In this document: piece by piece, positions 22,901 to 33,000 of the stretch
Layout: each line of letters opens with the position of its first letter
Position numbering within the stretch: position 1 is the stretch's first letter
Assembly: GCA_004764695.1 (NCBI GenBank)
Contig: SMSO01000031.1
Location: 100,436 to 164,435, forward strand
From: Schizochytrium sp. TIO01
Lineage: Eukaryota; Protista; Bigyra: Labyrinthulomycetes
Direction of reading: 5' to 3'
Length of the DNA stretch: 64,000 nt
Translations under genes and position numbers: made by a program
Notes under the pieces: generated by a model
Database searches by the model: none
What the model saw: the letters and a program-made list of their open reading frames with translations, nothing else
What the model was told of the DNA's origin: nothing

Positions 22901-24058
22901 AATTGGAAATTTGACATTGTTGGATCTACTGCTTACTTTCTTATGATCTGCAGTTTTTTTCCTCGCTGTAATCTCGACCACATCATCAAAGCACCGAGAT
23001 TCTATCCTGAAGGTCTTCATGCGTTTGGATCAGAAATCTTGCTTGTTTTTGGCGAACTGTTCTCTGATGCTGTGGTGTCCCTGATTGCTACTATTGGTAT
23101 CTTCATTGTGTCATTTTCCTTCGCAGACTACCATTATGGCTTATTCCGCCAAGTGATTATTGCTACTGTGCATACCCTCGCACACGTTTTCTGTGCAGTT
23201 TCGCTGTTCCTTTTACTCGAAATTGTTGCAGAACTGTCCATCCAAGACGGACTCGCAGGTCGTGGCTATGATTCAATCTTCGAAATGTTTCAGAGCTTTG
23301 AGAGACGCACCATGCCTGAAGCATGGTGGACCACTGGTCTTTTGGAGACCTCGCTGCGCTCAATATTGAGAGTCTTTGATCTTCCTGAGAATATGGCCAC
23401 AACTCGCGTTCAGGTATGCCAAGGCAAGGTGCCGCGCCCAGGTGATAGTTGCCCTTTACCCTCACTAGATTCGCTCTCTCGGTTTGATATTTTCAGCTAC
23501 TACCTTGGCAACTATTTGTACATGTACATTGTTGCTGCAGATCTCTGTGCAATGATCTTCGGCCTTTACTTGTACATTTGCGTCACATTTTTCAAGCTGC
23601 ACTGGAATGAGGCCTTTTCAGCAATTCGTTGTGAGGACTACAAGACATTCATGCGCTTTCACATTGACACTAACGGTGACCTACATGTCTACGTTCTCGG
23701 TATTGATCGTGTTCCCCGTAAGTGGCGAGATGACGCGCGCTGGACTTCCACCTGGTCCCGTCTTTTGAGTAAACATCTTACCTCAGGCAAGTCAAGCATT
23801 GATGAGTTTGACCCATCAGTTGCTTCATTTGGAGCAGAGTTTCCAAGTCGCTGGATTCCGGCATACACGCGCAACCGAAAACATCGTAAGAAGCAAGAGC
23901 CTCGTATCGTGGACTACTTTTGCATTCCAAAGAAGAAGAGATGGACTAAATTGCGTCGCGGCCAATCCACCATTGCTAAGCGGGATTGGTGGGAGCCATT
24001 CGATAATCTCGAACAGCGCAAGTTTATCCGTCGGGTTCCGTCAATGGCTGTTTCCTAA
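19934..24058 (+). CDS. Multi-pass membrane calcineurin-like metallophosphoesterase (plant At4g11800/At4g23000-type), 1374 aa
   Basis: Motifs WFDWLADTGDGGNSTYAVAR, GGDLAYP, IPGNHDWFDGL, SHEP, AGDVHNY and SGGGGAFLHPTH. TM bundles on both sides, C-terminal HWNEAFS motif, good start context (gcaccATG). Confidence 0.9.
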   Translation: MSAAAEVRERLVRWIEEHIGKVPGTSKDMNSLSREGQSIRWLAVLLGLMLFSYEAIMPLVNSQRSLYMDLRFGLIVWLFVAAMLHMPMMPTELEDYPSLPFISFFILLLVVTHITLAAFTMLHHLICWMLQLCFPQIAEFLWVPGLRSVRSFKVILKGSILLSASVSLVFAYCGTMPETSSTECIVDSTTSRELQGDDANASEGANSCRTGNMVPLEGMIHDMTSMVCRRIMPELDVLWGQIGDDGTFNFSVLGIDLGQFSLLESPVGLLWLSGVAIWATYYTLRRTKRINQTLQRRARKRRLEKELKEAGADADTDTDGEAEDDNQQPAEEGSADADSANNSPRSSEDAKKSGTKAKTKKNDKKRSKKLIEEALEKEKNIEDALEDELSDGEYEEYEEVIARGLASDTKRRKREAAPTNFMPMAEWYSLALTRTAFDLLISMKLFLGRFDMRVMQAAIGDGPSTLRGNEMPPSHFSTRNNRTPGSIDEDGAFGFDDDGYTTANSSRRGVRDGKQACADSKASHKSQCQPGEPIVDDRYADMDELWFDWLADTGDGGNSTYAVARAVAQPSLTVPLNSSLNADIEADKSADESTKDKKNQPTPVKTLKRGDLLILGGDLAYPTPSLEEYASRLFLPFEYAMEPPISYHRDDISLAKNIHEDTLFSSRLSLLGSQGIQPTAYSLPATRERSMSNENLHKSARGSPLGSLSPASPLSGGVLRQQSEIFQLGELSEASTSTMGGSQRSLLRNTRSSTSDCSEENSDEDSSKRMWKGPPCAYAIPGNHDWFDGLGTFMQCICYRDWFGGWRLPQTKSYFALKLSHGWWVFGLDFALEDDIDGLQYQYFASVAHHCLGDHDQVILCSHEPTWVLDAYLNDPHPEDQPISRTSKNLKQLMRRHLRGRVAMRIAGDVHNYMRHDAEEPLRESALRAGAAPHVIVSGGGGAFLHPTHPFPERFKETGAYYNLQSAYPTFSESRMIGMKNLGQGFRMQNWKFDIVGSTAYFLMICSFFPRCNLDHIIKAPRFYPEGLHAFGSEILLVFGELFSDAVVSLIATIGIFIVSFSFADYHYGLFRQVIIATVHTLAHVFCAVSLFLLLEIVAELSIQDGLAGRGYDSIFEMFQSFERRTMPEAWWTTGLLETSLRSILRVFDLPENMATTRVQVCQGKVPRPGDSCPLPSLDSLSRFDIFSYYLGNYLYMYIVAADLCAMIFGLYLYICVTFFKLHWNEAFSAIRCEDYKTFMRFHIDTNGDLHVYVLGIDRVPRKWRDDARWTSTWSRLLSKHLTSGKSSIDEFDPSVASFGAEFPSRWIPAYTRNRKHRKKQEPRIVDYFCIPKKKRWTKLRRGQSTIAKRDWWEPFDNLEQRKFIRRVPSMAVS

Positions 24059-24324
24059 TAATATAGTCCTTTGATAGCCTTTAGTTTAGTTCAGCGGATC
24101 CCTTTGTATGATATACTCTGACTAGAGACAATATGAAAGCAAAGTCGTGTCTAGTATGAAGAAAGAACGAATGACTTTGTTTCGTTGCTCTTTCTCACAC
24201 ACAAAGTGATTGTTGAAATATATTAAAAATGAAATACTATCTTTTAATTAAGTTGCGCTAGACAGTCGTTTGCTTTATGCTTGCAAAGGCAGAGGTTTTA
24301 TGAGAATAATTTTCAAAGACACAT

Positions 24325-25467
24325 TTAATTTGAGGACAAGGTGCCTCCATCTTGATTTGTTGCTATCGCGTGCTCTAGCATTTCCTTGTACTGTGTAACT
24401 TCCATGTCTTCCCATGTCGGCTGCTCAAGAGGTGCAAAAATTTCCTCTCGAAGTTGAGTGAGCGTGCGTTCCTCAACCTCGGAGAGGTCGTCAAGGTTAG
24501 TTGCTGCGTGGAGATTGACCTTCATCATCTCAACATTTTCTGCGCCTACAAGAGTGCTGGGAATCCGTGGTTCGCGCAACGAAAAGTTGACTGCAAGTTT
24601 TGGCAAAGACACATTATTTTCCGCACATAGAGCTACTGCTTTACGGGCGGCCTCTTTAACAGGGGCGTGGGCAGGGTGCCATTGGGGCGGGCCATTTGGC
24701 GTTAGGAGGCCCATTGAAAGTGCGCTTGCATTCATCCACTCAACATTTTTGGTGCGAAGAAGCTCCATAAGCTCAGCGTCTTCAAAAAGAGTGGTGTCAT
24801 TGAGAGAATAATGGCAATAAAACAAGCACATGTCGATTTCTACTTTGCTCCTCTTGAGAATCTCGCGATGAATTGAAAGAGGATATCCGGTGATACCAAT
24901 CCGCTTAATTTTGCCAGCTTCCTTTGCCTTCTGTAGCGCAGGGAGAGTTTCTTCCAAAATGATATCTAGCGAAGGTGCGTACTCTGGATCATGGATTTGC
25001 ATGACATCGATATACTCGACCCCAAGGTGCTCCAAGGCATCATCCACAGCGCGCAGTGTGCGCTCCGCGGAGAAATCAAACATCTTGCGAACCTCTTTCT
25101 CATAGCGCCCACATTTTGTGTGGAGATAATATGCCTGACGCGGAATATCACGTAGTGCTAAGCCAAGGCGCTTCTCAGACATACCCTGGCCATACCAGTA
25201 CGCTGTGTCGATGACGTTGACTCCGTTACGCAAAGCCGTCTCTACCACGGCATGAACATTATCCTGTGACACCTTGTTATACACGTCTCCAAAAGGACTT
25301 GTACCAAGGCCTAGAATTGATAATAACCGAGGTTTGGTCTTGCCGTCCGCCAAGGTATGCTTCCACGGCGCGGCGCTTCTGTAAACCATACGCTGGCAGG
25401 CCTCCAGGTCATGAAAGCCTTCCACGAAGGTATCCGGAAGCCTCGTTTCTGATGCTGTGGAGGCCAT
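24325..25467 (-). CDS. Aldo-keto reductase, L-galactose dehydrogenase / D-arabinose dehydrogenase-like, 380 aa
   Basis: ATG at 25467. LGLGTSPFG, IDTAYWYG (Asp, Tyr), HTKCGRY (Lys), QIHD (His), IGITGYPL and NASALSMGLLT..GPPQWHPA. The catalytic tetrad is intact. Confidence 0.9.
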   Translation of the reverse strand: MASTASETRLPDTFVEGFHDLEACQRMVYRSAAPWKHTLADGKTKPRLLSILGLGTSPFGDVYNKVSQDNVHAVVETALRNGVNVIDTAYWYGQGMSEKRLGLALRDIPRQAYYLHTKCGRYEKEVRKMFDFSAERTLRAVDDALEHLGVEYIDVMQIHDPEYAPSLDIILEETLPALQKAKEAGKIKRIGITGYPLSIHREILKRSKVEIDMCLFYCHYSLNDTTLFEDAELMELLRTKNVEWMNASALSMGLLTPNGPPQWHPAHAPVKEAARKAVALCAENNVSLPKLAVNFSLREPRIPSTLVGAENVEMMKVNLHAATNLDDLSEVEERTLTQLREEIFAPLEQPTWEDMEVTQYKEMLEHAIATNQDGGTLSSN

Positions 25468-27009
25468 TCTCGCGCGCAAGCCTCTGAGGAACCGTGAGAG
25501 TACCGTCGTGGCAGACTCTACTCCACAATGAAAAGATGCCCCGCTGGCGTCGTACGAGTTTAATAACGAGCCTTCTGTCTCAGAGAATTGAGTTTTGTGG
25601 AATTATTGCTTCACTTTCGATTTTCTTTTGGCAACCCAACAAATGGATATTCTTTTTCTTTTCATCTCCATTTCCTTTCTTTCTTTTAATATTATCCACT
25701 TCTACTTCTAAGGCTCATCCTTAAAAAAACTCGCGGGAGAGAGCATAGGAGAGAAGGGCGAAAATATGGGGGGAAATTCTACTTCTCCTCACAAAAACAT
25801 TGTGTCGGCGAGTTTTCTGATATGCATTTTATAAGATAAATGGCTTTAACTGTGGGGAGTGAAATGACATTCGGCTTTAAATACAAAAGTCTTTATGAAT
25901 TTTGTTACTGGTTTTATAAATAACACACAGTGATGACTCTCCTCTACTTCCACTGAAAACAATTAAGTGCACTGCCACTAGGCCTCCTCACAAGGTATAT
26001 ACAGGAGAGCTTTATAGTTGCACATAAACGACTATGAAGTTTGTATACTTAAATCGCATAGACACTAATACCAGACTATTCTTGCGAACCTTGGCAAAGC
26101 TACCTAGGTTTCTGCGCTTGGACAATCAAAATGACGCAATATTGGACAAGTAAATGAAAGGCATTTTGGATAGAGAACTATTTCCTGGTTTTGAAATATC
26201 GATTTGAAGACTTAATTACTTCATAATTGAACATAATCAATCAAGGAAAGCAAAGCAATTCTGAGCATATTCTCAAAACTTTTGGGAACGAACCACGTAC
26301 AGAACATGGTTCTTACGTGCTCCTGTGAGGTCTCTGTATGCCAATAGAATCGCTGTGGTCTGTGCTCACGTTGTGAATGCAATTGTCCCAAGAACGAAGT
26401 GCCACTTGAACAGCAAGGTTGGTAGACCTAAGAACGCGAGAAAGCAGAGACCCCAACGTCAAGCCTCAACCATGGAGCGCAAGTCGAGTCGAAACCATAG
26501 AATCTTCTAATTCTTCACCAAAACGAAAAGTTCGTAGGCTTTTGCAGTTTGTTACTGTTGACGTACCTGACAATGATACAAACAGGTCCTTAGGTGGAGA
26601 TGCTGGGTCAGAACCAAACCTTTCAGAAAACAATGACGAAGGTGCTGCAAGTATGGAGAACCCAACATCTAATCCGAAGAAACCACAGTCTCTGGAGACC
26701 TGTCTTCGCAAAGCCAAGGCTGAAACCAAGGATATGTCAGAGGGAAACGAGTTGGTCGGCATCCTTGTTCTTTGAAAAGTCTTTATTCTTATGAAGTTAT
26801 TTATTCCTTGGGCTCCATAGGTAAGTTATCTGGAAGATGGTGCAGATCTTGCAATGACCAGAGGCCACGCCAGGGAGTGACCGTACCAACCCCTGTACGA
26901 AAGAGGTGTGCATAGCGCTGGGAAGTCGAAGGAGGCCGGTTTTCATGTCGAATAGCCACAGCAGTGCTTCGTTCACCCGACTCAGGAGAACTTGAAAATA
27001 GGCCTGTCA

Positions 27010-27035
27010 TTATGTTATGTTATGTTATGTTATGT
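27010..27035. repeat. (TTATG)n microsatellite
   Basis: About 5 copies visible. Confidence 0.9.
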
Positions 27036-27820
27036 TCTGTGATTTATTTATTTATTTTAGTTAAAAGTCGGGACAAAAAAGCTCTTTCCCTCTCTCTTTA
27101 CCCAGAAAGATGAAATAATCCAACCCGGGAAAGACCCAAAAGTTTAAACGTTTTAAAATTAAAAATTTAAAATAAATTAAAGTAATAAAGGCGAGATTGA
27201 TTAGATCAGACAAGATCTTGGAGTCCTGACACTCCACTCCTCCTTGGCACCTGCTCTCCCTCGAGGTCGTGATGTATGGCGGCATATGCCAATACAACAG
27301 CACGCCATGCTACTGTTGAAGGCAGAGGAGCCACCTACGCTCGCCTGGCAGGCGCAGAGTATGGAAGCGGAAAGTCTCTGGCAACACAACGGTGTGCGAA
27401 TTTGTTTCTCCAAAGACCAGTAACCAACCCGCGAGGTTCTTGCCTCACGTGCCGCCCCACCCACACGCAAGCAAGGCGCGCTTTCGTCGCACGTGTGCAT
27501 GCATAGCTCAAGCGAAACGAACACCGTCAAGTGCATCGGTCGATGAGCTGATTCGATTGGATAGCTAGTTAGTTAAGTTATCCATCGCCATCTCATCATG
27601 CACAGACACAATCTGTCACCGGCATGGAATCAGTTGCCAGCCTTGAACAAAAGCAGCAACTGCTTCGCAAGCCGTGCTGCCATAGTCCAGAGAAAACTCA
27701 CGAGGCCGGCTATCTCGAGGCGTAGATGGGCTCGTTCGGAGCAAGGCGAAGAACTGAAGAAGTTGTGCGAATACAGCGAAAGTAGAACCTGCATGTGCTA
27801 ATAATTAGTATGAGCAGAAG

Positions 27821-27878
27821 AAGAACAAGAACAAGAACAAGAAGGAGAACAAGAATGAGAACAAGAACAAGAACAAGA
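27821..27878. repeat. (AGAACA)n imperfect hexamer repeat upstream of the PAP2 gene
   Basis: Visible directly. Confidence 0.9.
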
Positions 27879-28103
27879 GCCGTCGTCAAAAACCAGCGCT
27901 CCAACGCAACAAATCAGGAATACGAATCGGCACGGAGATCAGGCCGACCTGGCCTAGATGGCCTCCTGAGCCCACGCCTCGGCACAGTGAACGAAAGGAG
28001 CGATCTGAGCGAGAAGCACCTGCTTGTGGTTGGCGAGCGAGCCAGAGCAGCTTGAGGGGTAAAACAAGGGCCACATTGGCTCAAGGTCAGGTCCAAGGAA
28101 ACG

Positions 28104-29732
28104 ATGGCGTCCGCTGCGACAGGCCTTGCGCCAGGATCGACTGGCGTCACGCCGCCAACATCAAATGCGGCGGCGAAGGAGCGCCGTGCAGAGCTCGGAG
28201 CGCGGTCACATGCCTCGCTAGAGGAAGAGGAAGAGGAAGAGGAAGACTCTTTTCAGGTCCGAGATCTTCTCGTGTGGAGCGCCGAGGATAGTGCCGCACG
28301 AACTCCGCTTCAACCTCGTCGTGGTGAGGCTCGATTTGCGTATCGCGAGGCGAGTTTTGACGCCGTCGGAATTTTTTATACATTCTGTCTCTTCACGCTG
28401 CTCGCTGTCGCTGAGCTGGTCATGAAGCCTCATCTCGAGAAAAACGGCTTGAACTTGATTTTGCAAATGCAGCGCGACGGCACTGGCGCATATGTGAAGT
28501 TTTTTGATCTTTTTGGCTTCCCGCCCGCAATCTGGGGCTTCATGCCTGCTGTGGCTTTGGCTACAGCTCCTGTGTGGCGACCCGTTGCAGCTCGAATCAT
28601 GCTGCTCCACGGTGTAGGCCTCGTATTTCAATGGGCGCTGGACATAGTATTTAGGCAGGGTCGACCCTTCTGGATTGATAAAAAGGTCAAAATGTGGCAT
28701 TGTCCTTACACCTATGGTTTCCCTTCAGGGCACGCATTGCTGCTTTTGCTTGTCGTGGCTCCTATAGTTGAGGAGTTGTGGGCTCGCACGAAGCGCCCAC
28801 ACTCGCCTTGGCACACACGCACAGGTAGCTTACTAGCGTTTGTGGGCTCCAGCTGCCTCGTAACGGCATACACAATCTGTCTTGTGGGTCGACTATACCT
28901 GGGCACGCATTTTCTACACAGCCTTCTCATGGGCATTGTCTGCGGTGTTTTACTACTGAAAATATTTACCAAACATAATACTGCTATTTTAATTGATCGC
29001 ATCGCGCTCTCAGTCGAGCTAGACGGCGCGGCATCGCTACCAATGCGCACATTTGAAATCTTTTTGCGTGCTGTCGGAACTGCGCTTCTACTGCTCTGCC
29101 TCTGCAAGGCCTTGCTCGCATTCTGCGAGCACATCTCAGCGCAGGACCCCGATCCGGTGCACTGGGCTGAGCGCGCCAATCGCGAGTGCAATGTAACTTT
29201 GCACACCATGGAGGGCTCTGATGTCAAGGCCCGCGATGGAATTGCTATAATTGTTGGATGGATTGCAGCTGTTTCACTCGTGGCCCTTCGAGCTGCTGGA
29301 GTATCAACACTGATTGATGAGGATGACGACGATGTGCACAGTCCTTATGACGACGATTACGATGTTGAGGGTATACATCGGCACAACCCTCACTTCAAGA
29401 TGAGCGAGGTGCGAACCCGCCGGGATTCGTACGGCGCCACTCACAGCGCGCGCCGCTCATCGCTCTCACAGATTGATGAAGATGAGGAAGGCATGTCCCC
29501 ACTTTCATCCTCTGAGGCAGGAGGGCTCAATCATGGTCGCCGTAACCGCTACCGCAACCGTGGTTGGTGCAATGCCAACTTCCTCATCGCAACCTCTGCT
29601 CTGTGCTTCCAGGTGGGTGTCAATTACATGCTCGCTTACACATTGCATGCCTCTTCTCTAGGACGGATGATTGCGGTGATCCTCTCTCTCTACGCTTTTC
29701 CACATGTCTTCTTTATTCAGCCGGTGCATTAG
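28104..29732 (+). CDS. PAP2-superfamily integral membrane phosphatase, glucose-6-phosphatase-like, 542 aa
   Basis: RPFW, C..TYGFPSGHA and GRLYLGTHF motifs, with multiple TM helices. Confidence 0.88.
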   Translation: MASAATGLAPGSTGVTPPTSNAAAKERRAELGARSHASLEEEEEEEEDSFQVRDLLVWSAEDSAARTPLQPRRGEARFAYREASFDAVGIFYTFCLFTLLAVAELVMKPHLEKNGLNLILQMQRDGTGAYVKFFDLFGFPPAIWGFMPAVALATAPVWRPVAARIMLLHGVGLVFQWALDIVFRQGRPFWIDKKVKMWHCPYTYGFPSGHALLLLLVVAPIVEELWARTKRPHSPWHTRTGSLLAFVGSSCLVTAYTICLVGRLYLGTHFLHSLLMGIVCGVLLLKIFTKHNTAILIDRIALSVELDGAASLPMRTFEIFLRAVGTALLLLCLCKALLAFCEHISAQDPDPVHWAERANRECNVTLHTMEGSDVKARDGIAIIVGWIAAVSLVALRAAGVSTLIDEDDDDVHSPYDDDYDVEGIHRHNPHFKMSEVRTRRDSYGATHSARRSSLSQIDEDEEGMSPLSSSEAGGLNHGRRNRYRNRGWCNANFLIATSALCFQVGVNYMLAYTLHASSLGRMIAVILSLYAFPHVFFIQPVH

Positions 29733-29851
29733 ACTAGACTCGAAGGCTAGCACTAGGAAAGCCTGCCTACATCAACATCGACTCATCAATCAATCGATCG
29801 ATCGTTGTTTTTCAATATACGGAATAGACTTTCTCTTGCCAATCTTCAGTT

Positions 29852-31312
29852 TTAGTCCTCTCCCGCCGCTGCCTCTTCATCTTTTTCAACTGCTTCAACT
29901 GCTAATGCTAAAGCTGCTGTTGCAGCTGCTGATTTACCCTCTTTGTCCGCAGCCGCAGCAGCAGCTGCTGCCGCCGCTTCTGAAGCCGCTTGCTGGCGAA
30001 CTGCAGCAAGCTCGCTCAAGGGTTGACTTCCTGTAGGTAGCGAAAATGAAAACGCTGGACCAGGGTTAAACTCTACACACGACGTCTGATACAATGAGGC
30101 TGTTGCGAAGAACCCTACCTTATCACTCGCCATGCCTTGAAAGGCGATACCCTGGTCCTCTCCATTCTTATAAAATCGAATGAACGAATCTTGGCCGTCA
30201 ACCTTAATCTCCATTCCAATTACATCACCCTTGCCAAAACCTGACTTTCCATACGGCTCGCGCAGGCCATCATTCACTTTTGAGCCATCTACATCGCGGT
30301 ATCCATACCCACTTTTATGGAATCCCACCGGTGCCTCAATCGGCGATGTGTACTGCATCCAGCCAAGTCGCACATGTCCAGCAATCTTCACGTCCTCAGA
30401 TACTGCCATCTTTTTCACGCGCATTTCGCAAAACCAGTGGCCGCTCATGACGCCATAATTCACACGGCATGACCTAAATCCTTTGTGTCCACTCACCATA
30501 GTTCCGTCACTGCCCAGCGTTAGCTTATTCGCACAATCTGACCTCGAGAAGGTGATCTTTTCCTCCGTCACCGGCCGCAGGTCACCGCCAAACACAATCT
30601 GAGCATAAGGATCTTTTCGACTCCCACCCCGGCGTCTTGTGGGACCATCATCATCATCATCTTCTTCTTCTTCTTCTTCTTCATCGTCATCTTCATCGTC
30701 ATCATCTAGCTCCTCCTCATCAACAAATTCATCATCATCATCATCATCATTCGAAAGACCTTCCTCGCCAGTGTCTTTATCACTTTCAACGTCCATTTCA
30801 TTTTCCTCGTCATCATCAAATCTTGACCGGGACTTCTTGCTCTTTTTCCCTCCAGTCTTTTTCCTGTCACTCTTTTTACTATTGCCGTTTTTACTTTTGT
30901 CGTTATCGATATCGTTATCGTCGTCTACATCGGCATCCTCCAGGTCGTCGATGCGACGGCGCTTGCGACTTGAGGCAGAACTCTTGGAAGTAGACTTAAG
31001 CTTAGGTTTAGACTTGCCGTCAGATTTGATTCTAGCGTCAGACTTGGACCGCGTCGAGCCCGGGCTCAGGTCCACTCCAGCAGCCTCGGCAGCAGCCTTT
31101 TCGAGCGCCTTCTGCAGCTTCGATGGCCTGCCACGCTTACGCCGGGGCCACGTGCCACCAGCAGCAAGAGTTGCTGCCTCTGCTGCTCGTAGGAGGGGCC
31201 CTGAACCCCCAGAAGGAGCTCTACGAGCGCTCTTCATACGGAGCCGGGGCGGCGAGGTAGCGTCGTTGTCAACCTCATGATCTGCGTCGCGGTGGTCCTC
31301 TCCACGCGCCAT
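29852..31312 (-). CDS. ASH2L: ASH2L/Bre2/TRAUCO-like COMPASS subunit with an AT-hook, acidic tract and SPRY domain, 486 aa
   Basis: SPRY with HKGFRSCRVNYGV, GHVRLGW, APVGF..GYGYRDVDGSKV, FYKNGEDQGIAF and FNPGP.F, resembling TRAUCO/ASH2L. AT-hook RRKRGRPSK, NLS-like RKRRR, and a D/E run. Confidence 0.8.
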   Translation of the reverse strand: MARGEDHRDADHEVDNDATSPPRLRMKSARRAPSGGSGPLLRAAEAATLAAGGTWPRRKRGRPSKLQKALEKAAAEAAGVDLSPGSTRSKSDARIKSDGKSKPKLKSTSKSSASSRKRRRIDDLEDADVDDDNDIDNDKSKNGNSKKSDRKKTGGKKSKKSRSRFDDDEENEMDVESDKDTGEEGLSNDDDDDDEFVDEEELDDDDEDDDEEEEEEEDDDDDGPTRRRGGSRKDPYAQIVFGGDLRPVTEEKITFSRSDCANKLTLGSDGTMVSGHKGFRSCRVNYGVMSGHWFCEMRVKKMAVSEDVKIAGHVRLGWMQYTSPIEAPVGFHKSGYGYRDVDGSKVNDGLREPYGKSGFGKGDVIGMEIKVDGQDSFIRFYKNGEDQGIAFQGMASDKVGFFATASLYQTSCVEFNPGPAFSFSLPTGSQPLSELAAVRQQAASEAAAAAAAAAADKEGKSAAATAALALAVEAVEKDEEAAAGED

Positions 31313-33000
31313 GCGGCCTGATTAAAGAAGGAGATAGAAAAAGCAGAGTGACTTTGAATGCGAACAAAATCTAGATTTAGCAGCGGCTGCGGCTCAGCCT
31401 CCTTCACGTGAGGGAGAATCAAGGGGTTCTCCGGTCTGAACGTCTGATTTTTGCTGAGCTCGCCTGCTTTACCGCAAACTTTAAAGACCGCCCTCTATTC
31501 TTTGAGCGCATCGAGACTGAGAATATGCGTAAATACTACTAGGACTAATTTTTTGTGGCTTAACAATAAATCTTTTTGTAAAATTTAACCAATACCAAAA
31601 GGAAACTTCATGAGCATTTGGCAATCAATGTAAACGAAGCAGTACCAAGCATTGTAGTGCTTAATTGAGTAGTTTCTAAACAAGTGCGCTCCTACAAACA
31701 ATTAAAAATAATCCAAATGCTCACCGAACGTAACAGGCAATGAAATGAAGTGTCGAAATGAAAAGTTTCTTGAGTTTGTTAATCAAAAATAATAACAATT
31801 TGATTGAAAAATTAAAATAGAAATAGAAATATTTAGGTCTTCCATACCTGCTACAATCCTTGCAGATGCGAGGCGCCTATTCAAAACTCAGGCTGCAAAC
31901 AATAATAGCGTACTGATATTTAAAACATTGCAACTCTGTGATACAGGGCTGCAATACCACTGGTATTTCTAGATTATCCTATCGGTGTTCGATCATTCCA
32001 AGCAAATAATAACAACAGCTTTCAAACGCAAACGCAAAGAAGAATTCGTACTTCAATTTTTTGCCTCTGGAGGGCAAGCAACAATATGATCTTGAGTGAA
32101 ATGAGCAAGCTCTATAGTGCTGAACCTGCTATTAAACATGCCTTGGTGATGACCATCGTACCGTTGTTAGTGAGAAGTAGATATCTACCTAGGTAGTAGA
32201 ATAGCTCACAAGCAGAACTTGGCTTGATTGCTTATTCGTTATGTGTACAAACTTCGTTTTTGAAGTGTCGACCAGGATCCTCGCGAAAAGGGTTGCTTCA
32301 AAAGCCTGAGTGGGTTCTTCACTTTGTGGAATCAAGTCAAACTCGGATCAGATACGGAGCAAACAAGCCTGAAGGACGTCATCTTCAAGACAATTGCGTA
32401 CCTGTGAACGTGGAGCCCCAGGTATGGCGGTACTTTATAGGTTATGCAAAATTTTTATTTCCAAGGTTAATCACTCGTGGCGATAAATTTACCTTACTTC
32501 ATGTGCGCATGTGCAAGGCAATTCTGGGCGCAACTCAAGCTACAATAAGTTAATTCAATCTTCGTACCGCGATCATTCTTTAATTTAGTGCCCCACTTTT
32601 CATCGATAGAATAAATGTAAGAATCATGAAAAATTAAGAGAGATAATTATTATTGACATCATCCAAAAGCAAAAAAGAAAGGGTCAATTTTCAATAATAT
32701 TGCAGAACCCATTTTGAAGTTCCCCTGGTTCCCACCCTTTCCTTCTCTTGAGAATTGACAACCGCCAAGTTGAAGCCCTGGAATTCTTGAGCCTGCGTTT
32801 ATTTCACGACACGAGAAGAAAGTAGAAAGTGTTTGCCAATCTATTAAGTAGAGTACAAGAACAAAGAAAATAGTGCACGCGCAATATTATTATCGCAATC
32901 ATTCTAAACTACCAATTGGGGGTTTAATGCTGAGAAAAAACAAAATCAAAATCGTAGCACTCGTCCCTTGGCCTTTATTGAAATAATATACAGCTACTGT

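Noticed and set aside
25726-25816. 9-bp inverted repeat (aaaactcgc/gcgagtttt) as MITE ends
   Set aside because: Short, no target-site duplication, and no second copy seen in the window.
26419-26820. In-frame TGA as selenocysteine
   Set aside because: No redox-motif context and no recognisable SECIS downstream.
30637-31280. Poly-Ser and poly-His ORFs on the plus strand
   Set aside because: Antisense reading of the Asp/Glu tract of the ASH2L-like gene.
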